A DNA stretch of 64,000 nucleotides from Azolla caroliniana (lineage: Eukaryota > Plantae > Polypodiophyta): NCBI GenBank assembly GCA_043228905.1, contig JBHGNT010000017.1, positions 5,642,001 through 5,706,000 on the forward strand, read 5' to 3'. The notes beneath the pieces were generated by a model. It was given only the letters and a program-made list of their open reading frames with translations, was not told the origin of the DNA and did no database searches. Below, in pieces: positions 1 through 11,100 of the stretch; position 1 is the stretch's first letter; each line of letters begins with the position of its first letter. A program made the position numbers and the translations under genes.

Positions 1-1176
1 GAGCATCGACTGTAAGTCAAAAAATGACGGCGTATTCTCCCTTGTACACACCACCGTTCGAAACGCTCTGAACTTAGACGCCAAGCCCCCAAGACAGACC
101 TGTACCATCTCATCTTCCTCTACGGTAACGTTAATAAAGGCAAGCGAGTCACAGATGTCTTTGATCCGGGTCGTGTAATCAGCCACGGACATGTCCCTCT
201 GTCGGACATTGCTCAACTCTTGTCGGAGTTGCAGCTTTCAAGCGGTAGTGCTTGCGGCGAAAACCTTCTTCAGGTTTCCCCAAGCCTCCTTCGGCGTCTT
301 GGCGTCTCGAATGTGACTCAGCAGCTGGTCCCCGACACTGGATGCAAAGCAGTACATCACTCTGCTTGCAGATTGTTCCCACGTTGGGAAGTCCTCATGT
401 GTCGTATTAGGTGTTGTTTCGTTCGTTCGTTCCACGAAACTCCAATGCCCATGCCCCAGTAGGTACTGATGCATTTTGTACAACCAGGACGCGTTGTCGT
501 GAAGAAAACCGACCATAGGCAGAATCAGAGAAAAAGGCGCATGAACCGGTTCTTACATGGGTGGACGCGAGAATTGATATTTTGTACATGATTCATAACT
601 AGGTCGGCTGATGTAAATACTAGGTAGTACACATTTATTAGGGGATTTGTGCGTATCTCTGTTGAGAGGGGCATGGAATAAACTATTTAAGGAGGGAGAG
701 AAGGAAGAAAAAGGTATCGCGCGTTGGCGAGGACGAAGTGTTGCTGCAGAACCGAGTGCCGAGCTCTCTCTCCTCCGATCATAGTTCTTTGTGGGTGTCG
801 GGAGTTCGCTGCCTCTGCTTTCTGCTTTGTGGATAGCTCGTGTGCTTCCAGCAGAGGCTCTCCCCCCCTTTTTTTTGTTTCTTCAAGTCGAGTGATTGTC
901 GTCTGTGTGCGTGAGTAGGACCCCGTGTCAGGTCCATTACCGGTTTGCCGGTTGTAACTGTTCGAGTTGTAAGCTATGGATTATAGTAATCGGATTCCTG
1001 TTTCTTGCTCTTGTTTTCCTTCTGTGTATCTACAACTCTCTCTATCTCACTCTCTCCTTGGTCCAAGACCCCCGTGGTCCCGCCTCTTCCTACATGCAAA
1101 CGCGAAACTTCGCGACGGCGTAATTGCTCCGGTTGAGTTTCTCTGTGGGAAGTGAATTTGCCATACATCTGTCCAT
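1..1176 (-). pseudogene. gag: Disrupted copia gag
   Basis: Removing 495-1117 plus one GCGT gives MANSLPTEKLNRSNYASWLYKMHQYLLGHGHWSFVE...EAWGNLKKVFAASTTA*KLQLRQELSNVRQRDMSVADYTTRIKDICDSLA..., with one in-frame TGA at 238-240. Confidence 0.9.
495..1117 (+). mobile_element. Solo LTR (623 bp) nested in copia gag
   Basis: Starts TGTCGTGAAG, ends CTTCGCGACG (imperfect inverted termini); 4-bp TSD GCGT at 491-494 and 1118-1121; excision restores the gag frame. Confidence 0.85.
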
Positions 1177-1271
1177 AACTGCTTCTGTGTCTGTTCTTGC
1201 GACCTGTTAGGGTTTGCTTTTCAAGGCGAATGTTTGCAGCAGAGGTTCTCAACCCTCACGCTCTGATACCA

Positions 1272-1696
1272 TGAAAACGTATATGTTTGTGGAAGCGTTA
1301 AAATAGAAACACAAGAAACACATAGTGAGAGAGAGAGAGTACACGGGAGAGACAGACAGAGAGAGCAGAACGTTAATTCAAAATTATATGAAATGTTCTC
1401 TGTACATACAATGGGCTTACCATCACTATTTATACAAGTCCTCATGGGACTGACAGAAGTACCGTGTACTTCAATGCTCACACAAGCATCTGACACTTAC
1501 TACGAGACTATAACTGCCTAGTAGTCTAAACTTAACACTAGGCTGCCGGTTACTGATTGGATCCGGCTAACCGGCTCCCCAGCTCACCGGCTTCGTTGTT
1601 TGCCGGCTCGGTTGCTCACCGTCATACCGATCCGTCTCGCTTACCGGCTCAGGCTTGTTCAGCCGATCCGGCTCCAGTTGAGCTTGCCGCTCAACA
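1272..1696 (-). repeat. 5' LTR (425 bp) of the copia element
   Basis: TG...CA termini on minus, directly adjacent to the PBS; CCGG-rich U3-like region. Confidence 0.8.
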
Positions 1697-3370
1697 CTTG
1701 TAAACTCCCAATTGCCATTAAAACCCTTTGAGGATGCCCTTGTTTTCTAATACAACGATAAAATTGACTATCCTTGGCTATTCCAAATAATAATTAACTA
1801 GAAAACCCTAGTGGTGATGTAAAATGATATTGCTTACAATTTCAAGAATTTTATGTACAAGTTGACTTAAAGGAGATCAAATGTGTTTGTTCATTGTAAA
1901 TCCAAGTAGATTTGGGTATAGCAATATCATACTTTAAGGAGATTAGACAAGATGATTATGGATATTATTTGAGAGTTATCAAGTAGATGAAACATATAAC
2001 TGTTACAAAATAAACTACACCTCAAGCTCTAATTCCTTAAGATGTTTTCCTTGACATACAAACCACTTTTGTATTGTTTGCAATAGTTAAGAAGAATGTA
2101 TTCTGATCTATAAATATAGAATCAATATTGGATTCATTATGATAGTGTTTCAATCATCATTGATGATGAAATGAGGTTATAATAAACTCAAAGTATTGAA
2201 TGAAGCTTGAGTTGGAGATACCAATGTTGAGAGCTACTTGATAACTAAAGTTCGTAAATGGTTGTCGGAAGTAGTACGTGCATTCATAAAGATATTTCAA
2301 TTTCAATTGGTCAACACGAGTCATTCCGAATATACATATACATAAAGGTGTCTTTTTGTAGCTCAAGTTATTCAAACAATGATGCTCAATGATTCCACAC
2401 AAATTGACTAAATGACAATTCCACAACTCATTACGGCATTATAGTAAATCCAAAGAAAAAATAGTTATTGCTTTGTTTCAAAATAGCAATGTGAAATATT
2501 ATGTACCCACGAACATAAAAATCTTTCAAATATAATTATTGATACACTATCAACAAGAATCATTCGAGACATACATATACTCAAATATATCTTTTGTAGC
2601 CCAAACACTTCACAATAATAATGTTTCATGATTCCACACATACAAAACGACATGGTAATTCCGTGAAGCATTGTACCATTATATTGAATTTTAAGAAAAA
2701 AGTATGCCAACTTGTTTTCAAAATGGCACACATGCAAGCAAGCATGCTTCTTTATTTTGTGCATTCAATTCATTACCTTTAGTACATTATAGAAGAAATT
2801 TTCTAACTTTTTGTTCTCACACCGTGTGTGTAACACACACTCCTTGGAGCATATGCGTCTCTTAAAGCCCCATGGCCATTGACTTTAGAAATAGGAGACG
2901 CCTTATGCATTGAATGAAGCAAATATCTTTGATGTCCTACTCACTCTCCTATTCATTAGTAGATTGTTCCCAAGTGAACTATGTGCATTAGAGTCCACCT
3001 CTTGCTCTATATTGTTAATCTATATTTCTCTATCTCTAGTTGTCTCTCACACACATAACACGCCCTCCTACTCTCTCTCTCTCTATCCTATTTATGGAAC
3101 TATAGACCTAATTAATCATTTGCACTTTCTACTTATGATAATGTAGTGTAAACCACACAATTACAAATTCTATTTGCACTTTATTCTAGAAAGAACATTT
3201 TTTTTTTCCTGTTATGCAATGATCTATCTACGAAAATTTCGTAAAGCCTTAAGACACTTACGACAATATGTAGAAACTCAAATTGCAAGTCAATTATTTG
3301 ATGTTGTAGATATTTTCCTTTACTTCTAAGGAAAGTGCACCATTCATTGACATAAGTATCATAAGTTATA

Positions 3371-3465
3371 AGCAAATAAATTGTCCGAATTACAAATGGT
3401 ATTTATGTATGTTATGATTCATAACATGCATAAATACCATTTGTAATTAGGTCAATTTATTTGCT
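3371..3465. mobile_element. 95-bp fold-back (MITE-like) palindrome
   Basis: 47-bp arms with 3 mismatches and a 1-nt spacer; ATA on both sides (3368-3370, 3466-3468). Confidence 0.75.
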
Positions 3466-4329
3466 ATACATTTGTTTACTTTTACTTGAACAAGTGTCAA
3501 TGAAATAATACATATGTTGCATGTCGCAACAATAACTATTTTATTTGGTAGTCCTCGAAGCACTTCCACTTTGGTGCTGTCTCACACCACATTGGACTAA
3601 ATGTTCAAAATACTATTAGGGCCAAAGACATCATTGGAATTTTGAGTTAGTTCTATATAATCTAAACCTTAACATAAACTACTTTCCCATCGTATGAAAG
3701 TAAAACAAATGCATCGATGTTCAAATGAAACTTATGACCTCCATGACTTACATATTAAGTAATGTTTGACCTGTCAGTTTTTGATTACCAAACTTTGTTC
3801 TCAACATGTAGGGGATGTCAAGTTTGAGTCTATAATTCCTAAATCATATGTCAATATACTATTGTTTTCCCAAATCTTATTTATCTTGATCTTAATGCAT
3901 GTGGATGAAGAAAAAATGGATGAATTTGCCAAATTGTGGATATAATATTTCTTTTGGGGGTTTGACTAAGGGCATTTGAAGAAATGACAAACATTAAGGG
4001 CATTCCGGGAAATAAAGGAAAATCCCTAGGGTTTTATATTTCAATGTTTTTCCAATAAAAATACAAATTTGGATGACTTCATTCCATCCATACTATAACA
4101 AAAATAAAACCTCTCAATTTCCTAAAGCTTATCTTGATGTGAGAATAGTGGTGACCATATCGGTTGGTGCAAAGAAATGAGGCTACGAAGAATACTAACA
4201 AGTGAATCTACGCACCCTTGTGGGAATCAGACATGGCGAGCAATGATATAGTGATGGTATGACTCATGTGTTCTACACACTCTATGATGACTCCTCAACA
4301 TGTTGTTTGTGGAGGTAAGGAACTACGGA

Positions 4330-5335
4330 CAAAATTAATGATGTGTGATTGTCATTGCATCCCACATGTTAATATGATTGTTTATTTGCTATACTTTAAA
4401 AGCTTGAGCAAGATTTGACCAAATTGTTATCGTTGAGTCTTCTCCATTGCTTGTCGAATGGTTTTTGGATATGCACAAAGTGTGGCCTACTTCTCTCTAA
4501 TGTGGTTGAGTGCAAGGGACCTACACTTTCAGTAATTCTTTTGAAAAAGCTTTTAGCTCTAGGGATGCATAGTGCTCTATCTACCTTAATCTGTTATTGG
4601 TGGACACTTTGCTATGTATCATTTGTGACAACATTATGTCCAAGTGATTCTCTATTTGTATCCACATGTACATGGGAGGCCTAGAGCTCATACGGTTATA
4701 TTGTACATGAATGCAAGGGCAACCATACTGTGGACTACTCATATTTTTGTATAGGCTCTTGGAAGTGTACCCTATGACATTATCATTCTAGAAAGGCTAG
4801 ATTTGCATATTCTTGAGGGAGTTGATCCTTGGTATTCTAGTTCGTAGGGATACCAACTTGTGATTGCAAATGTGACACCTAGATATTTAGAAAAATGTTA
4901 CAACTAAGATCATTATCTTCTACACATTAGCATAGATTTTTCAATAAGTTGTCTTCACATGATCAAGAAGGCAAGTTAAAGTAGTCAAGTAGTGGGTTTT
5001 CATTGATGGTGTTGAAGCTTTACCCATGCCATGATATCAGCTCGTGTTTGACTACCTTAGGTATTGGGGTATGTGATTTAATTGGACCATGAGAAATGGG
5101 TTCTTGTTTGATGGAATTTGTTGGGTAATATAATAACTCCATAGGATGATGGGGAAGTTGATTTGGCAATTTTTGCAACTATGTTGTATGGGGACACTAT
5201 CCCAATATGAGGTAGATTTATGTCATCTAGTATTATAACACTTCATAGGGTTTACCTTGCCATATCTCTAATAATAAAGTAGTGAAGATAGCAAGGGTTG
5301 TATTAACATCTTGTTTTAATAACAAACATACATTT

Positions 5336-5395
<60 letters not shown>

Positions 5396-5496
5396 ACACT
5401 TGATAGGGTTTACCTTGCCATATCTCTAATAATAAAGTAGTGACGCTAGCAAGGGTTGTATTAACATCTTGTTTTAATAACAAACATACATTTACA

Positions 5497-5549
<53 letters not shown>

Positions 5550-5552
5550 AGA
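4330..5552 (+). mobile_element. Degenerate L1-type LINE 3' portion plus a second copy of its 3' end
   Basis: 5000-5340 aligns by eye with 6090-6410. The 3' terminus ...AATAACAAACATACATTTACAAG(AG)n occurs twice (5237-5394, 5395-5552). The 5' boundary is approximate. Confidence 0.65.
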
Positions 5553-5664
5553 GGTTGCCCAATGGAGACCAAGTGGTCATGGGTTCAACCCCTACATTCC
5601 ACAGTGGCATCTAGTGAATTAAGAGATATATATGAAGAATATAATCGAGAGAAATGGGAGAATT

Positions 5665-5820
5665 GGGTTTCAAACCCAAGACGCAATGATTGTAGTGTTA
5701 ACAACTTACCACTAGGGTAAGCTAACTGCGAGAAAAAAAAGAGACAATAGAGAGGTGAGAAATTTAGGTTAATCCAAGACGTAATGCTTGTAGTGTAACA
5801 ACTTACCAGTACTGTAAGCT
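5665..5820 (-). repeat. Two tandem tRNA-like (Pol III A/B box) repeat units
   Basis: Minus strand AGCTTACCCTAGTGGTAAG...TCTTGGGTTTGAAACCC; the same motif occurs on plus at 57559-57618 and 63931-63982. Confidence 0.55.
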
Positions 5821-5843
5821 AATTACAATAGAGAGAGAGAGAG

Positions 5844-6410
5844 TTTTGGATGCAAGATGGCAGTCTCATCTTCCATTCTGTGTTAAGGTGTTTCTTTGGC
5901 ATGTGATTGTTGGTGGGTTGCCTTTGACGATGACCTTAAAACGAAGACATATTTCGAATGAGACATGTTTTATCTATACGGTGGTTGAAGAAGATGCCAA
6001 CTATAGGTTCATTACATGTTCAGTTGCTAAAGCCATTTGGGTGATTATGTCACAAATTTGGGCATCGATAATAGGAAATATTTTGTCACCTTATAAATGG
6101 GTTTTTATGGATGAGGATAAAGTTATGCCCACACCATCGTATAAGGTTGTTTTTTATTACCTTAGATATTGGGGGATGTGGTTTAATTGGACCATGAGAA
6201 ACGAGTTCTTGTTTTATGAACTTCATGGGATAACACAACATCACAACTATGTTGTATGGGGACGTTGTCCCAAGAGGAAATAAACTTATGTCATCTAGTT
6301 TTACAACACTTGAGAGGGTTTCCCTTGCACTATCACTATTTATGAAGTAGTGAAGATAGCAAGGGTTGTATTATCATCTTGTTTTAATAACAAACATTGA
6401 TTTACGAAAA
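5844..6410 (+). mobile_element. 5'-truncated L1-type LINE (zf-RVT region of ORF2 plus 3' UTR)
   Basis: WQSHLPFCVKVFLWHVIVGGLPL...TCFIYTVVEEDANYRFITCSVAKAIW matches the plant L1 zf-RVT pattern; (GA)n on both sides. Confidence 0.85.
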
Positions 6411-6427
6411 GAGAGAGAGAGAGAGAG

Positions 6428-7250
6428 TTGTTGAAGAATTTTGAAGGTTGTTGAAGTGTGACAATTATTATATCGATGCAAGGTCATTTACCTCTTACAA
6501 ACACAAGATCAACGGTGTGTTGATTTGTGTTTACGGGTCATTGTTTTTACAAGTGACTATTAATCTCTTGTATCATATTGCTCCATGGATTCTTTCCAAT
6601 GGTTATCATCTGAAGCTAAACAAGAATTCGTTAGTACATAACTCTGATTACGGATGGTGACAAATCTTAAAAGTTAGTTGGCATTCTAAATTGCCATTTG
6701 TAACAAAGGCCTTCATTTGGAGAGTTTTGATTGGGGGTTTTGGTATTAGCTCTAACCGACATGCACTAGCAACGAGCAATTGCTTCTTTTGAATTGTCCA
6801 AGTGGAACATAGTACTCCATGTTTCATACAATGTCCAATTATTTGTCAAATTTGGAGTTACATTTCTCAAATTTGGCAAGTTTTATCACGATGTTATTTG
6901 ACGCCAAGACAATGGGCATGTGCACAATTCACACAGGTTGATACAAAATCAAATATGGGGATCGTTTTCCTATTTCAGAGGTATTGGGGATTGCGTCAAT
7001 GCACATGTATTTAATGGTAAGCATGGAGTCAAATCATATCTAGGAAAGTTGAAGGAATTTTTTTATTGGAGCAAGTAGAAATTATTTTCTCACTAAGAGT
7101 GTTAGTCTTGCCATTTGGCAATTCAACATGTTACACTACCTGTGTAGTGGTGACCCTCCTCCATCGTATTATCCATTGTAAGTATTGTTTTTCACACACA
7201 TTTATTAATCTAATTGTGTGTTTTCACCATATATATATATATATATATAT
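6428..7250 (+). mobile_element. Second, diverged L1-type LINE 3' fragment
   Basis: WHSKLPFVTKAFIWRVLIGG and CFIQCPIICQIW...RYWGL are paralogous to the 5846 ORF, with frameshifts; end approximate. Confidence 0.7.
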
Positions 7251-8199
7251 ATTATCTTGGGAGGTTAAATATGGTGTAGGCCAACATTGGGGTTAAGGTT
7301 GTTCTACATTCAAAATGACATCTAGGCCCACATTGGTTATATGGCTAGGAGGTGAGGTTTTATATGGCTTTTGTTATGACATGTAATGTGTATTGTATTT
7401 CATGTTGTTGTCTTGTGTGTAGTTTTGAAAGTAAATCAATGATATAATGACGATAAGGACCAAGAAAATGAGAAATTGTAGAGTATATGTAAAAGATATT
7501 CAATGTAGATGCTTGGTTTCATTAGTAATATTGCTAACAGATTCTCAAGATTGAAAATTCCTAAAAAATCTAGAGAATTTGGATTTATAAATCGAGTTGC
7601 GTCCCTTGCCAACGAGAAAAAATGTTGATTCCTTGTAGAGAGAGTATTTGGACATCACAAATGTTGGGATTGGAGGGTATGACTTCTTTAGAATTGCACT
7701 TTCATAAGATCAAAAACTTGGGGATGATTAGGGTACATGATACTATGTTGGATACTATAGGGAGTGACAACTTTATGATACCCAAGTGAAGCATATGATA
7801 AGTAAGTGACAAGAGATTGTTCTTTTATAAACACTCGAGCTCTTCTTGTCTACTTTTGTAAAGAGTCTTCCAACAATAGTTATCCTCAATATCACCTTGT
7901 GTGTTTACACATTCATTTTTGCGTCAAATTCTTGTGCAATTTTGTATTCACTTGCTCCTCAATTTCTATAAGCTCTCTCAACCCCCTAGCACTATGTTGT
8001 GGTGCCACCATCTAGCATGATGGGCACCAAGGTTGCCATCGTTGGTGGTACACCAAGGCCACAAAGTCTGTTATCAACATGGTTGAAATACTAACAATGC
8101 TCAACTGCTGATGGTCACTGGAAATGCACCACCCAACACATTCTCACAAATGGACCTTTAAGGAGTTGTATGACTAGGCTCTTGGTTTTTATAAATTTA

Positions 8200-11100
8200 T
8201 TGCAGTTTTTGTCATACTAGCTACTGTTATATTAATAGTCTTTCATAAATCAATTCTACAACAATTCTAGTGAACCTTACATATTGTTAATATCATCCCT
8301 AGTTTTTGTACGAATAGTGTGAGAGTCTGTGGATGAATGCCATACTTTGCTCCATTATTGGCTCAAGAAAATAGCAATGTTCAAACTATACACTCTAATG
8401 TAAAGAAGTCATTCTATTCAAGAGTATAAAATAGGACCGTGACTATATCATTTACTACAATGCAAGAGACAAAATCAAGAAAGAAGTTATACACTACTGC
8501 ATAAGCAACTATGTCCCGACATGGCAAAAACGTTATTCTATGTAGACCATTAATTCTAAACATATGTACATCATAAAGAGAGTGAGAGATTCATGTGTCA
8601 TGGAAGTTTGTGGTGCATGAAGATCAAGAAAATTTGGTGCATTCCCATAAGATTGAATACTTTGAGCAATAGCTACTCTAGAGGCAGTCCTTCGAATGAG
8701 CAACATGCACTTGCTAGTGCTTAGTTTAATTTCTATTAACTGGTGATGTGTTTTGTTCAAATCCAAACCTGCTTCACTTGATCCTAGGATTGAGCATGTG
8801 ACCTCTTCATCTAACGAAGTGTAAATGAACTGAGCCACACGCACTTGATGTAGTGATAAACCATCATGGTGATTGTCATCATAACGCACAACATAGCACG
8901 TGATTTCAAATTCATTCCCATCTTGAAAAATATAGAACAGAACACTTCGATAACTTGAACATAGGAGATCCAAACATGCAAAGTATAGCTAATATTTACA
9001 ATCTCCTTGCCAAGTTTTATACAATGATATCTTATAGGATGGACAGGAAACAGAAAAGATCATATGTTTTCAATGTCATTCCTGTTTGAAAACTTGTGGA
9101 ATAGAAAACTTTGAAAACTTGTGGAGTAGAAAACTTTGAAAACTTGATTATACAAGATCCAAAACACTAAGTATAGTAATACAAATGTCAAACAATGATA
9201 TCTTACATGATTATCTTCACAAAGTATTGTGCTCTCCCAAAATACAAAAGTTTTCTCAACTTACCTAAGACAAGCATTTAGATAATCCAACTAATAGATT
9301 TCTTGACAACACTCTTCCCAAACCTTGTATAATCAATAATGTCATAAAATCAAAGACTAAATATGTCTTCAGTTTCCCCAATGTCCATCACAGTGCTGAG
9401 ACTGACTTTGTAACTTTCTTCAATAGCTCTTCAAATGAAGACCCTTTGCATAGGAAAGTAATGAACAATTTGAAGAAAGAATACATATCACATACCAGTA
9501 GTTGTTACAGGCATAACCCTAACTTATCCCATGGTAGTAAACCGTAATTTTCTACACACAAAGATAAGAATGTGAGGGTTATTCGAGAATGTAAAGAAAT
9601 GAGTATTACTTTTAATCCTAGGGATTGAGACAACCTTTAAAGGCAAGTGTAAACTTGCCTGGGGGCCTTAGGTCTGGCTACAGATATGAGTCCTAGCTAT
9701 ACTCATTGGACACATTATCCGACTACGTCGATACTGTGCTCTTGTAGTGATCAGACTCTTGTGGCAAGTGTGCCCCATCACCAGGTATGACTCAAAGCCA
9801 TAGCGATGGTATGGGACGCCGTTCAAGGCTCAGGTCCGTCTCGATCCCTTCGCTTGAGGGTAATCGGGTGGATCGACACCCTTCTTTCTCTCTCTTTCTC
9901 TTTATTATCCGATCTGTTTCCTTATTTTATGCTTACATTAGAAATCATCTCTAACATTGGTTGACATAATAATACGTTATTGGTAGTTTTGTGGAAGTTT
10001 GAGAAGACATGTGTAATTTTGGAGTTGATTTTCTTTTTCAACAACTTTTGACATTGAGTATCACATTTTGTAAGATAACTTACAGTAAACAATGGACCAA
10101 AACTATGTTCGTATTTTCTTTGGGTGAATTGACTACTCACTCCAAATAACGAAACGATTACGGATAGGTGATTTAAGACAAGATTCTATAGTTTAGCTAT
10201 CATCAAGCATGTATGGACATGTAAAGTACCATGTAAGTAGAAATGATGGGACTTGTGGAAAAGCATGACATAGAATTGACTCTGGTTTTCAACATCTACA
10301 GTTCACAAAAGATTCTCGATAGGCGTATATATGAGTCCACAAGGACTTTTGTATCTATATATTGGGGTTCTACGAAGGTCTATTGCATGCTCCATAAATG
10401 ATGAGTGAATCCCCTAAAGGAATTGGTGCAAAAATCAAAGAAATAGCTATGTCACTAAGAAGATGAATATAAACCTAAGCTATAAATAATAATGTTAATG
10501 TTAGTTGGATGTCAGTCTAAATATGCCACCACTTGATGAAGAAATGGAGACCCCAAACAAAATAATTAATGTTTTTCATATTAGCTATGAAAGGAATGCT
10601 CAATATTTTTATGGGATGCTGAAGGACATGCAAATTGCATAGTACATTTCAAGATGTCACGTGAGAAACCAAGATCATTTGGCCAAGGAGAATACCTTTT
10701 ATATATCCTGTGCACCAACATCGTAGAAGAGTTCCTATGGTGGAAAGAAGGTTGACAATTGATAAGATGAGAAAGAAAGAGAAGGGGTTGTGAGCACGGA
10801 CTACCAAAATTCATGACTAAAAAACAACTTTGTCCCAAACAAAGAGGTTCCTGGAACAAGCTATAAGCAGCACACAGACATGGAGGTTCCCACAAAGCAT
10901 CCAAAGATCTGAAGGTATGGACTAGGTAGAATAAGAGCTCAACATTGACATTGACTCCACACACAAGCAAGATGTCAAAAGCATTTCATGATCAATCTAA
11001 ATCATAGAATATAAATGGATACAAAGCCATGAGGATAAAGCAGATATAAAGATTTGCATGTGGATGGAGAGAAGGTTGAGGTCCTCATCACAAGGAATTA

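Larger units (their letters stand above)
1..1696 (-). mobile_element. Ty1/copia LTR retrotransposon, 5' part (5' LTR, PBS, gag); continues beyond the window start
   Basis: LTR 1272-1696 reads TGTTG...TTTCA on minus. It is followed at once by the tRNA-Met PBS TGGTATCAGAGC (1260-1271), then a copia gag (UBN2-type) frame. Confidence 0.92.
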
